A stretch of 10,610 bases of DNA from IMG/VR virus record IMGVR_UViG_2531839178_000012, positions 1 through 10,610 of that record; one strand, given 5' to 3'. Within the stretch, counting starts at the first letter, position 1. Each line of letters starts with the position of its first letter. A program made the translations under genes and the position numbers. The DNA is from a virus. Its lineage: Duplodnaviria; Heunggongvirae; Uroviricota; Caudoviricetes. The notes under the pieces were generated by a model, which made no database searches, had not been told where the DNA came from, and saw only the letters and a program-made list of their open reading frames with translations. Positions 1 to 6,265 of the stretch are shown piece after piece.

Positions 1-1389
1 GTTTTTCCGGGCTTCATGGAGTTCTGCCCGCAGTTCCTGATATTTCGCATCAACAGAATTTACCTGTGACTGAGCATCCAGCGGCTGCGTGTTCTGATGA
101 TGTTCAGTTGCATTCGGTTCCACTGTTTCAGCCGTTGCCTGTTCATCTGTCATTGCGCCAGATGGTTGTGGTTTTTCTCCATCGTCCTGTTTTCTTTCTT
201 CTGTTACTCGCTGCGGCATCGGGGCAGAGGAGCGACCGCAGGCAATATCCACGATTTCCGGATCAGGGTTGGCATGATCGGTTTCAGTCAGTACTTTGTC
301 CAGATATTCAGTGACGTGTGCGGGGATGACCTCGATCCCAATTGGTGCTTCTTTCACGGACGCAACCACGATGGCGCGGGAATAATCCAGCCCGCCAGGC
401 ATGGTGATGAATTTGTCGCGGAAAACAGAAAAGGGTGGTTTATTTTCAGCGATAATTTCCTCAATGCGTTTAGCGTGTGCCGGATGAAGGTTATAGATGT
501 CCACGTCCATTGAACGGGCCAGTACGCCAGTGGCTACATCGCGCGTCAGTGACGTCAGATCGTGGACGAAACCTTCGCCGCGATCGGTGAGGTTCCCGCC
601 GCCAGCATTAGCACCGGAAGTCGTGCGAGTGATGCGTGAAACACGATTCCCTTTTCGCCATTCTTTTGTCAGAAGACCGCGATCAATGTGTTCGGTATCC
701 AGCCAGGCTGAAATGAAATTCTTAAATTCATAGGGCTGATGTTTTTTCGTGATAGAGAAAACTGCCTTAATTGCATCAGTCAGGCGGAGCAGGGCGGCAT
801 TATCCAGAGTTGTCGGTTCTGCCATGCCGCGTATGGCCAACAGCAGATTCTGGACATAGCTGTTTTCCTGATCCATCTCAAGAGCAGTAATGTGTTTGCG
901 TTGTTCACGGGTGGCATGATGCAGGTATTTCCGATCCCCGGCAGCATACGTAAAAATGTGCAGAAGACGCTGTGTGAACCGCAAAGTGGCTACAGAGACT
1001 TCGCAATCCTGGCAATCCTCGTGGGCGTCTGCCTGCGCGTTTTCTTCCTGGCCTCCCGCCAGTTCTTTGGTTTCTTGAGCATTATCCTGGTGGTGAACGT
1101 CGTCTGGCGCTGCTCCCGGTTTTAGTTCCCATGTCATGGAGTCTTTGCTGAGTTGATAGCGTTCACTCCAGGTAAAATCGATCTCACCTTCAGGGGGAAG
1201 GTCATTAACGACAGGAAAATTTGTGGCAACAGCTTTAAAATAGTTGCTCAGTTTTTTACCTGACTTAACGAGCAGATAGTCCAGAGTGGTGCTGGTCGAT
1301 TCAAAATCGTCGCTTGCCCACAGGACGACGTCAGGTTCACCGGATGATTTTTTCGCTTTCCGTAACAGGAAGAGTGGTTTTGTGCTCAT
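1..1389 (-). CDS. Large hypothetical prophage protein, at least 463 aa; the 3' end of the gene lies beyond the left window edge
   Basis: ATG at 1389..1387 preceded by GAGG about 10 nt upstream. I checked every in-frame triplet from 1389 down to 1 and found no stop codon on the minus strand. The several overlapping plus-strand ORFs in 66..1125 are typical antisense artefacts of a real gene. Acidic, low-complexity segment in the N-terminal third. Family not recognised with certainty. Confidence 0.7.
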   Translation of the reverse strand, partial: MSTKPLFLLRKAKKSSGEPDVVLWASDDFESTSTTLDYLLVKSGKKLSNYFKAVATNFPVVNDLPPEGEIDFTWSERYQLSKDSMTWELKPGAAPDDVHHQDNAQETKELAGGQEENAQADAHEDCQDCEVSVATLRFTQRLLHIFTYAAGDRKYLHHATREQRKHITALEMDQENSYVQNLLLAIRGMAEPTTLDNAALLRLTDAIKAVFSITKKHQPYEFKNFISAWLDTEHIDRGLLTKEWRKGNRVSRITRTTSGANAGGGNLTDRGEGFVHDLTSLTRDVATGVLARSMDVDIYNLHPAHAKRIEEIIAENKPPFSVFRDKFITMPGGLDYSRAIVVASVKEAPIGIEVIPAHVTEYLDKVLTETDHANPDPEIVDIACGRSSAPMPQRVTEERKQDDGEKPQPSGAMTDEQATAETVEPNATEHHQNTQPLDAQSQVNSVDAKYQELRAELHEARKN

Positions 1390-1459
1390 TGTTTTTTAAC
1401 CTCAACTCAGATTAAAATTACTGCGAGTGATGAATAAATGTCCCAGGTTCTTCACTCAG

Positions 1460-1489
1460 GCCTGCACACTGTGCAGGCTTTCTTTTTTT
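1460..1489 (+). terminator. Intrinsic-terminator-like hairpin oriented for plus-strand transcription
   Basis: Stem gcctgcac (1460-1467) / gtgcaggc (1471-1478), 3-nt loop, followed by tttcttttttt (1479-1489). On the minus strand the same hairpin is preceded, not followed, by the U/A run. Confidence 0.35.
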
Positions 1490-1517
1490 CAGATTTCACC
1501 TTTTAATTTCATTGCAA

Positions 1518-1763
1518 TCAGAGTTGCCAGAAATTCGGCTTTTTTTCTGCGGGCAGATTATTTCCGATGTAAACCAGGCACATTTTTGTGGCACCTTCAA
1601 CAAGAGTTTTAAAGTTTCCTGATAGACCGTCGATATCAACCACAGTGAATGGGGTTTCTTTATTTTCTGTTTTAATTACGTAGCCAATATGCTTTCCTTC
1701 CAGGTAAACCTCGTGAATAATGTTATCAGTAGTTGCAACAGTGGCTTCATAATTGGTGTTCAT
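1518..1763 (-). CDS. Hypothetical small protein, 81 aa
   Basis: ATG at 1763 with AAGGAG 6 nt upstream; stop TGA at 1520..1518. Same strand as, and just upstream of, the large ORF. The ORF track's longer version (start 1811) lacks a comparable ribosome-binding site. Confidence 0.55.
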   Translation of the reverse strand: MNTNYEATVATTDNIIHEVYLEGKHIGYVIKTENKETPFTVVDIDGLSGNFKTLVEGATKMCLVYIGNNLPAEKKPNFWQL

Positions 1764-1837
1764 GTTTTTCTCCTTAATTAAGGTTGAGCGAATCCCTGCC
1801 ATTGCTGGCATAAATTCAGTTTCGAATAGTCAGTTAA

Positions 1838-2119
1838 TTAAAGTTCGTGTGCCATCTGGTCTTTTTCGGCGCAGATTTCACTACAATATTTGCGTTTCTT
1901 TTTCCTCATCATGGTTCCGTGCATGTAAATAAGTTCAGCAGTGTAAGCCTTATCAGGGCTTACTTGTCTGTCACACAGGCCATAAGCACAGGGAATTAAA
2001 TCGGGATCACCTTTCTGCTGGAGGGTTTTTTTGATTATCCATAACAATTTTTTGATTCCGGTGTGTGTTATGGTCTGCTGAGGTGCAGAGGTAAAACAAT
2101 AATCAAGCATAGGGTTCAT
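1838..2119 (-). CDS. Cys-rich small protein, 93 aa, possible zinc-binding (Cx4C ... Cx3C)
   Basis: ATG at 2119 with GGAG 8 nt upstream, starting 16 nt after the Rha-like stop (operon-like). Cys pairs CAYGLC and CSEIC about 30 residues apart, plus a basic patch RKKKRK. Confidence 0.55.
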   Translation of the reverse strand: MNPMLDYCFTSAPQQTITHTGIKKLLWIIKKTLQQKGDPDLIPCAYGLCDRQVSPDKAYTAELIYMHGTMMRKKKRKYCSEICAEKDQMAHEL

Positions 2120-2135
2120 ATCCGTAGCTCCATTT

Positions 2136-2684
2136 TTATTTTAAAGAAAGTAATTGTTCCACAGTCATATTTTTAATTGCGCCCCGGTTAACAAGAGTCC
2201 ATCCCTGTTTTTCCAGATAAAACCGGAAAGTCTCCAGGGTACAGACCAGTGCGCCATCAGGAACGGTTTCGGTGAATTCGACATTGCCGAATTTGTCGAA
2301 GTGAACAACCAGAGTGCGACCATCACCCGGAATCATCTTGTCAGCAGGTGGGGTGTTATTCTGGCGCAGTTCGGCCTCCATGCGGTCGAACTCAGCAATG
2401 TAGGCTTCCTTGAATGCGGCGGCTTTTTTGCCAGTGAAGCCCATCACCAGGAAAACGAAGCCGTTTTTGGTGATTTGGTACATTGGGAGTTTGCGCCCGG
2501 TTGAGTCGGTGTATTCGCTCGCCTCAAAATTGAGGGCAGTAAATTTATCTGAGCATTCAATATTTGCGATGGCACGTAACACATTGTCGTGTCGTTTGTG
2601 GAAGAACTCTGCAACCGCAACAGACGTAGTGACAGCGCGACCGTTTTCTACGGTTACACAAGGGTGAGAAAGGGTAGTAGCCAT
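2136..2684 (-). CDS. Rha-family phage regulatory protein (Phage_pRha-type N-terminal domain), 182 aa
   Basis: Segment VAEFFHKRHDNVLRAIANIE ... MYQITKNGFVFLVMGFTGKKAAAFKEAYIAEFDRMEAELR matches Rha-family motifs I recall (KRHDNVLR, GF.LLVMG.TGKKA). ATG at 2684 has GGAGG 8 nt upstream and puts the Rha domain at the N-terminus, as is typical. The track ORF extends in frame to 2978 (280 aa); see findings. Confidence 0.8.
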   Translation of the reverse strand: MATTLSHPCVTVENGRAVTTSVAVAEFFHKRHDNVLRAIANIECSDKFTALNFEASEYTDSTGRKLPMYQITKNGFVFLVMGFTGKKAAAFKEAYIAEFDRMEAELRQNNTPPADKMIPGDGRTLVVHFDKFGNVEFTETVPDGALVCTLETFRFYLEKQGWTLVNRGAIKNMTVEQLLSLK

Positions 2685-2850
2685 GATGGCAGCCTCCGCG
2701 ATGAATTTGATTAACTCACCACCGGAGGTAGCAATCTCATGGGTGGTGAGACGTACAGGGTTGCTACAACCGGTCATCACGGAACCCGGCCAGTCTTGCG
2801 ACTGCCCCGCACGCCCCACCATAATTTGAATGTGGCTGTGCATTACGCAT

Positions 2851-2873
2851 AAAAAAACCGCCTGAGCGCGGTT
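2851..2873 (-). terminator. Possible intrinsic terminator, minus-strand orientation
   Basis: Stem aaccgc/gcggtt with 6-nt loop (2856-2873); on the minus strand it is followed by T7 (complement of the A-run 2851-2857). Modest stem (4 GC pairs). It lies inside the optional N-terminal extension of the Rha ORF, so it conflicts with that longer gene model. Confidence 0.3.
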
Positions 2874-3379
2874 ATGCGCCGTGAATGACTTCGGGGTAGC
2901 AATCCCGGCACCCGTTTTATGAGGTGCAGGTGCACTATAATTCCACCCGTTCTGGTTTTCAATAGCTACATTCAACATTTTCTCTTTCCTTTCATCACCG
3001 AAGTGAACTTTGTTGATGCGGTGCCTGGTGCCTCCAGGTGACGTTAACCAGTTAATAATTAACGCCGGAATAAGGGATTTTCCTTACTGTTTTAACTGTT
3101 CCGCGTGCGCTGAGCCGCATTCACCGCATCACAAAATTCACTTTAAAAAGGGCGGACATCAGCCAGCAATTAAACCGATGCCGCCAACTGGTACTTCACA
3201 CAGCAATGTCGTTATTTACAACCGGAGGCGCACTCCCACCATTTAAATTTAACAGACAAGACCGACTCTTTATGGATACCGGAAATGCGCCTTCGTGTTG
3301 TGCCCGGTTTTATTTCACCACCTCCGGGCTTTGGTGGTATCTTTACTGAAGTTCTCGCACAACCAGTAAGGAAATGAAT

Positions 3380-3463
3380 ATGCCAACGTATCTCGCCAGA
3401 GTAGAACTATATAATGCTGAGCCAGAGGATTACGAAGGGCTTCATAAATATATGCTCTCACTA
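3380..3463 (+). pseudogene. 5' fragment of a small gene interrupted by IS630 (reconstituted ORF 78 aa)
   Basis: ATG at 3380 with AAGGA 8 nt upstream; the reading frame runs to the IS630 junction at 3463/3464 and continues in frame at 4619 after the IS (stop TGA 4769-4771). With the IS present the ORF stops at 3476-3478 inside the IS terminus. Confidence 0.55.
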
Positions 3464-4616
3464 AATAGCTGCGCTTAATACCGCTACACTTTTGCCAGTC
3501 CATGTTTGCCTCCGGGGAATGGGCTGACGGTTTCCATAAAATGGCGAACTTTTTTCAACAGTTGCCACATTGAGCGGCACTGATGATTACGCGTTATTGT
3601 GTCGTGAAGTGCCTGCCATAGCCGTTCAACATGATTCACCCATGGCGAGTAAACCGGCTGATAAATGCCCCTGAACTTCGGGTTCTCCTTCAGCCAGCTC
3701 TGTGTTTCCCGGCTTTTGTGGATAATGTAGTTGTCCACGATCAGCGTGATGGTTTTCGCCCGACGGTATGTCGCTTTAAGCCGCTTCAGCAGGCTGATGA
3801 ACAGCGCCGAACTTTTGCTGTTGCCGCCCACATAGCTGACTTTACCTGTCCCGCTGTGCAGCGCTCCGGCCAGATAATATTTTTCATTCTGTCCCGGCGT
3901 GACCACCCGTTTTTGCTGTCCGCGCAGTTGCCAGTCCGCACCGATTTTGGGATGAAGATGGATATCCACTTCATCTTCATAAAAGACCGGATGCTCTGCG
4001 CTGCATTCGTCCAGTGCTTTATGGATTGCTGCCATCTTTTCATCTTTATGCGGGTCACGGATACGCAGAGTTGGCGCAGCCCTTCGCCACACAATCCCCG
4101 CAGACGGCAACCAGCGGCGAACGGTTCCGGCATTTAACTGGCAACCGGTTATCTCATTGATTTTTATTGCCAGCAGTTCTGTACTCCAGCGTGAACGCTG
4201 GTAGCCAAAGTCGCCGGGAGAATGTTTTACCAGCTCACGTAACAGTGTGCAGATATGCTCAAACGGCCAGCGACGGGCACGCCCGGCAGGTAATGATTTC
4301 AGTCCCTCAACACCCGACTGCGTGAACCAGTTAATCCAGCGTCCAACAGAGGAACGGGCGCAGCAGAGCGTTCTGGCAACGTCGCTGACACGGTCGCCCC
4401 GGTGCAGCATCAGCATGGCAGTCAGTCTGCGGGCATAATTTTTATCGTGTGTTTTATGGATGGCTTTCTGCATCAGGCGTCGTTCGTCACGGGAAATTGG
4501 TGCTATGATCGGCATTGCTCAGTCCGGTTGGTGATTTGTTTTGATTTGGCGATTGTTCAGATCGCACAATCCGGGCTAAGTTCCCTCAAAGTGATCTACT
4601 ATTCCGCGCAGCTATT
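3464..4616 (-). mobile_element. IS630 (Tc1/mariner-related IS630 family), complete copy, 1153 bp
   Basis: Terminal inverted repeats AAATAGCTGCGC (3464-3475) and GCGCAGCTATTT (4605-4616). Flanked by TA (3462-3463) and TA (4617-4618) inside a C-TA...TA-G context, i.e. insertion into CTAG with TA duplication. Length 1153 bp agrees with IS630 as I recall it. Contains one 343-aa transposase ORF. Confidence 0.9.
3484..4515 (-). CDS. IS630 transposase, 343 aa
   Basis: Single long ORF filling the element. Sequence (MPIIAPISRDERRLMQKAIHKTHDKNYARRL ... DNYIIHKSRE ...) matches my recollection of the IS630 transposase, with an N-terminal HTH-like region and a C-terminal DDE-type region. Confidence 0.9.
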   Translation of the reverse strand: MPIIAPISRDERRLMQKAIHKTHDKNYARRLTAMLMLHRGDRVSDVARTLCCARSSVGRWINWFTQSGVEGLKSLPAGRARRWPFEHICTLLRELVKHSPGDFGYQRSRWSTELLAIKINEITGCQLNAGTVRRWLPSAGIVWRRAAPTLRIRDPHKDEKMAAIHKALDECSAEHPVFYEDEVDIHLHPKIGADWQLRGQQKRVVTPGQNEKYYLAGALHSGTGKVSYVGGNSKSSALFISLLKRLKATYRRAKTITLIVDNYIIHKSRETQSWLKENPKFRGIYQPVYSPWVNHVERLWQALHDTITRNHQCRSMWQLLKKVRHFMETVSPFPGGKHGLAKV

Positions 4617-4618
4617 TA

Positions 4619-4771
4619 GCATCCAGTAATCAGGTTAGCGAATTAACAATGTGGGTTAAACGACTGGTCAGTCAACTGAAAAAAGCTAAGCCTGACTGCA
4701 AATTACCGGAGAAGGCGATGGATTACCTGAAGCGAAATGGACTGATAAGCGTGGAGGATGTTTTACGATGA
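4619..4771 (+). pseudogene. 3' fragment of the IS630-interrupted small gene
   Basis: In frame with 3380..3463 once IS630 and one TA copy are removed. Encodes ...ASSNQVSELTMWVKRLVSQLKKAKPDCKLPEKAMDYLKRNGLISVEDVLR. Stop TGA 4769-4771 overlaps the ATG of the next ORF. Confidence 0.5.
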
Positions 4772-4851
4772 CCTGGCCTGAAGCATTCACCACGGTAGGA
4801 ATTGCAATGGCGGTGGCGCTGGTTGTGTATTCGATTTGCCGCTGGGGGTAA
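4768..4851 (+). CDS. 27-aa hydrophobic peptide (MTWPEAFTTVGIAMAVALVVYSICRWG), single predicted transmembrane helix
   Basis: The ATG overlaps the upstream stop in an ATGA arrangement (translational coupling). Hydrophobic core of about 17 residues. Followed by a hairpin at 4858-4876 (ccagccc/gggctgg). No recognisable family; existence of the gene is uncertain. Confidence 0.35.
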   Translation: MTWPEAFTTVGIAMAVALVVYSICRWG

Positions 4852-4880
4852 GGTAAACCAGCCCCGAACGGGCTGGTAAT

Positions 4881-5167
4881 TTAAAGAGGTAATTTGATGA
4901 TGGCTGTCAGTGCGCCAACAGCAACGACGAGCATGCCACCAAATCTGACGGTCAGTTGCAGGCTGAGTTTGTCTATTTTTGCATCAAGGGCTGCAATGTC
5001 GTTTTTAGTTCAGTTCTGACATCATTTAGGTCGCGCTTTGTGGCGACTTCTGCGGCTTCGTGAGAATCTTTCACTGCGGCAGATATAGCGCGCGCCTGAG
5101 CTGCCGGCATTCCTGCGGCTTCCAAGGTTTCGACGAACTTCAGTGTATCAAAATAGACCTGAGCCAT
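4881..5167 (-). pseudogene. DUF1640-like small tail-anchored protein, disrupted by a -1 frameshift in a homopolymer
   Basis: N-terminal ORF 5167..4973 (MAQVYFDTLKFVETLEAAGMPAAQARAISAAVK...) with GAAGGA 7 nt upstream of the ATG. The C-terminal part (DIAALDAKIDKLSLQLTVRFGGMLVVAVGALTAIIKLPL, stop 4883-4881) is in another frame. One extra A/T in the T5 run at 5002-5006 would restore a roughly 96-aa ORF. Confidence 0.6.
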
Positions 5168-5218
5168 GTTAAATCCTTCGTTGTTGGGGAATATTGTTAG
5201 TTTAGCCTGTAGTGGCTG

Positions 5219-5248
5219 TTGACGACAACGTTAATCCGGGGCTATATT
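5219..5248 (+). promoter_or_regulatory. Sigma70-type promoter, copy 1 of a duplicated late-promoter-like module
   Basis: -35 TTGACG (5219-5224), 18-bp spacer, -10 TATATT (5243-5248). Homologous to the promoter at 9400-9429 that directly follows the Q-like gene. Confidence 0.5.
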
Positions 5249-5293
5249 CCTCACGCGCCAGCAAAATCTGGCGTCGGGATTGGCGTCCCGGAT
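5234..5293 (+). repeat. 60-bp exact direct repeat, copy 1 (promoter -10 plus initial transcribed region)
   Basis: atccggggctatattcctcacgcgccagcaaaatctggcgtcgggattggcgtcccggat is identical at 5234-5293 and 9415-9474. Flanks are related upstream (CTGTTGAC[G/T]) and diverge downstream. Confidence 0.9.
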
Positions 5294-5331
5294 GTTTACG
5301 GAGCGATATGAGACGCGTCCGCGTCTTTTTT
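5255..5331 (+). ncRNA. Predicted short terminated transcript (about 77 nt), analogous to a lambdoid 6S/pR' leader RNA
   Basis: Predicted start about 7 nt after the -10; two hairpins (cgccag/ctggcg and cggga/tcccg), then an intrinsic terminator at 5311-5331. Existence of the transcript is inferred, not observed. Confidence 0.35.
5311..5331 (+). terminator. Intrinsic terminator (tR'-like)
   Basis: Stem agacgc (5311-5316) / gcgtct (5321-5326), loop gtcc, then T-run to 5331. Confidence 0.5.
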
Positions 5332-5494
5332 CATATCGTTTGCACAGTCACATTCGCGATTTATGGCGGGCTGTGTGGGGGAGCCGAAAGGCTCGCCGGT
5401 TTCCGTACCCGGTTACGCCAACCCTGCACAGTTCGCCACCAGTTCGATTGGCGTCGTCGGTGGCGATAATTTCCAAATGTACGGAGTTATCGTT

Positions 5495-6043
5495 ATGACC
5501 ACTCAAATCTCTGTTGAAACTCTCTCCCCGATCGCCCATAACCAGATACCTGTTATTACCACTGAACTTTTGGCGCAGTTGTACGGCACAGAAGCGATTC
5601 GCATTCAGCAAAATCACGCCAGAAACGCTGAACGTTTTATTGAAGGTAAGCATTTTTATAAGTTAGTGGGCGATGAGCTTAGAGGTATGAAGCACAGACT
5701 ATCTTTAAGCGAGTCTGTGAAAATTGCCCGTAACGTTCGCTCCCTCATTCTCTGGACAGAACGCGGAGCAGCACGTCACGCCAAAATGCTCGAAACCGAT
5801 CAGGCGTGGGAAGTATTCGAAAAATTGGAAGACTGCTACTTCAACCAGTACGAGAAAGATCGGGCTACGGGGAAAATGAACATCGATATTCACCTGGCGA
5901 TCCGTGATGATAAAACTGCCTTCATCCGAAGTTATGCGCCTGGTCAGCTGGTGACGGTTGAAGAAGCCCTGATGTTGCTTAAATCGCGCGGATGGCTGGT
6001 AATGCCGCGAGATGAATTTGCCGGAAAATTAATGGAGCTTTAA
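5495..6043 (+). CDS. ORF6N-domain (KilA-N-like) phage protein, 182 aa
   Basis: ATG at 5495 with GGAG upstream, in frame with the longer track ORF. Motifs LAQLYGTEAIRIQQNHARNAERFIEGKHFYKL ... LILWTERGAARHAKMLETDQAWEVFEKL fit the ORF6N family pattern as I recall it (L..LY...RN.ERF, LWTE.G). Confidence 0.8.
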   Translation: MTTQISVETLSPIAHNQIPVITTELLAQLYGTEAIRIQQNHARNAERFIEGKHFYKLVGDELRGMKHRLSLSESVKIARNVRSLILWTERGAARHAKMLETDQAWEVFEKLEDCYFNQYEKDRATGKMNIDIHLAIRDDKTAFIRSYAPGQLVTVEEALMLLKSRGWLVMPRDEFAGKLMEL

Positions 6044-6057
6044 CTGGTTAAATTAGC

Positions 6058-6083
6058 CCCGATATGGGAATTCCCATATCGGG
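6058..6083. repeat. 26-bp perfect palindrome (cccgatatgggaa|ttcccatatcggg) centred on GAATTC
   Basis: Perfectly self-complementary, 15 nt after the ORF6N stop codon; no U-tract follows it. Confidence 0.85.
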
Positions 6084-6110
6084 AGAACATTACCACCGGG
6101 GATAAAATGA

Positions 6111-6139
6111 TTTGCGGTGAAAGGGAAGTTAAGTAGAAT
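6111..6139 (+). promoter_or_regulatory. Candidate promoter of the hok mRNA
   Basis: -10 TAGAAT (6134-6139) with a weak -35 (tttgcg, 6111-6116). The predicted start near 6146 gives a 5' end GGGUGCUUGAGGCU..., resembling the 5' end of plasmid R1 hok mRNA as I recall it. Confidence 0.3.
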
Positions 6140-6204
6140 TGCTGCGGGTGCTTGAGGCTATCTGTCTCAGGCATGAACACCAAAAGGCAGATGAGAAGCC
6201 CCAG

Positions 6205-6265
6205 TTAACATTACGCGTCCTGCAAGACGCTTAACATTAATCTGAGGCCAATTTCATGCTAGACA
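6205..6265 (-). ncRNA. sok: Sok-like antisense RNA (antitoxin of the hok locus), predicted
   Basis: Minus-strand promoter -35 TTGCCT (6299..6294), 17-bp spacer, -10 TAACCT (6276..6271), mirroring the R1 sok promoter layout. The transcript would overlap the mok start codon and ribosome-binding region; hairpin 6214-6231 followed by UAAUGUUAA. Confidence 0.4.

Noticed and set aside
66-1125. Plus-strand ORFs 66-314, 97-513, 497-733, 739-1125
   Set aside because: They all lie antisense to the uninterrupted minus-strand reading frame 1..1389. They have no ribosome-binding sites and look like shadow ORFs of that gene.
1427-1612. Plus-strand ORF of 61 aa
   Set aside because: It spans the terminator-like hairpin and overlaps the 3' end of the minus-strand 81-aa gene; no start context.
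2154-2667. Plus-strand ORFs 2154-2504 and 2410-2667
   Set aside because: Antisense to the Rha-family gene, which has clear family motifs.
3010-3246. Plus-strand ORF of 78 aa
   Set aside because: No ribosome-binding site, no recognisable motifs, and a low-complexity His/Pro-rich translation. I treat the region as noncoding leader, though a small gene cannot be excluded.
3315-3503. Minus-strand ORF of 62 aa
   Set aside because: It crosses the IS630 boundary at 3463/3464, so it is an artefact of the insertion junction.
3631-4629. ORFs 3631-4137 (+), 3786-4133 (-), 4247-4438 (+), 4402-4629 (+)
   Set aside because: All lie inside IS630, antisense to or in alternative frames of the transposase gene; IS630 encodes a single transposase.
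5234-5293. Possibility that the 60-bp repeat is a tRNA or tmRNA fragment marking a prophage att site
   Set aside because: No cloverleaf or CCA-type features. It is preceded by a near-consensus -35/-10 promoter, and one copy sits exactly where a late promoter follows Q.
5212-5653. ORFs 5212-5469 (+), 5280-5498 (+), 5348-5653 (-) and the long form of 5363-6043
   Set aside because: They overlap the promoter, short-RNA and terminator module and have Arg/Trp-rich, non-protein-like translations. The ORF6N gene is better started at 5495, which has a ribosome-binding site.
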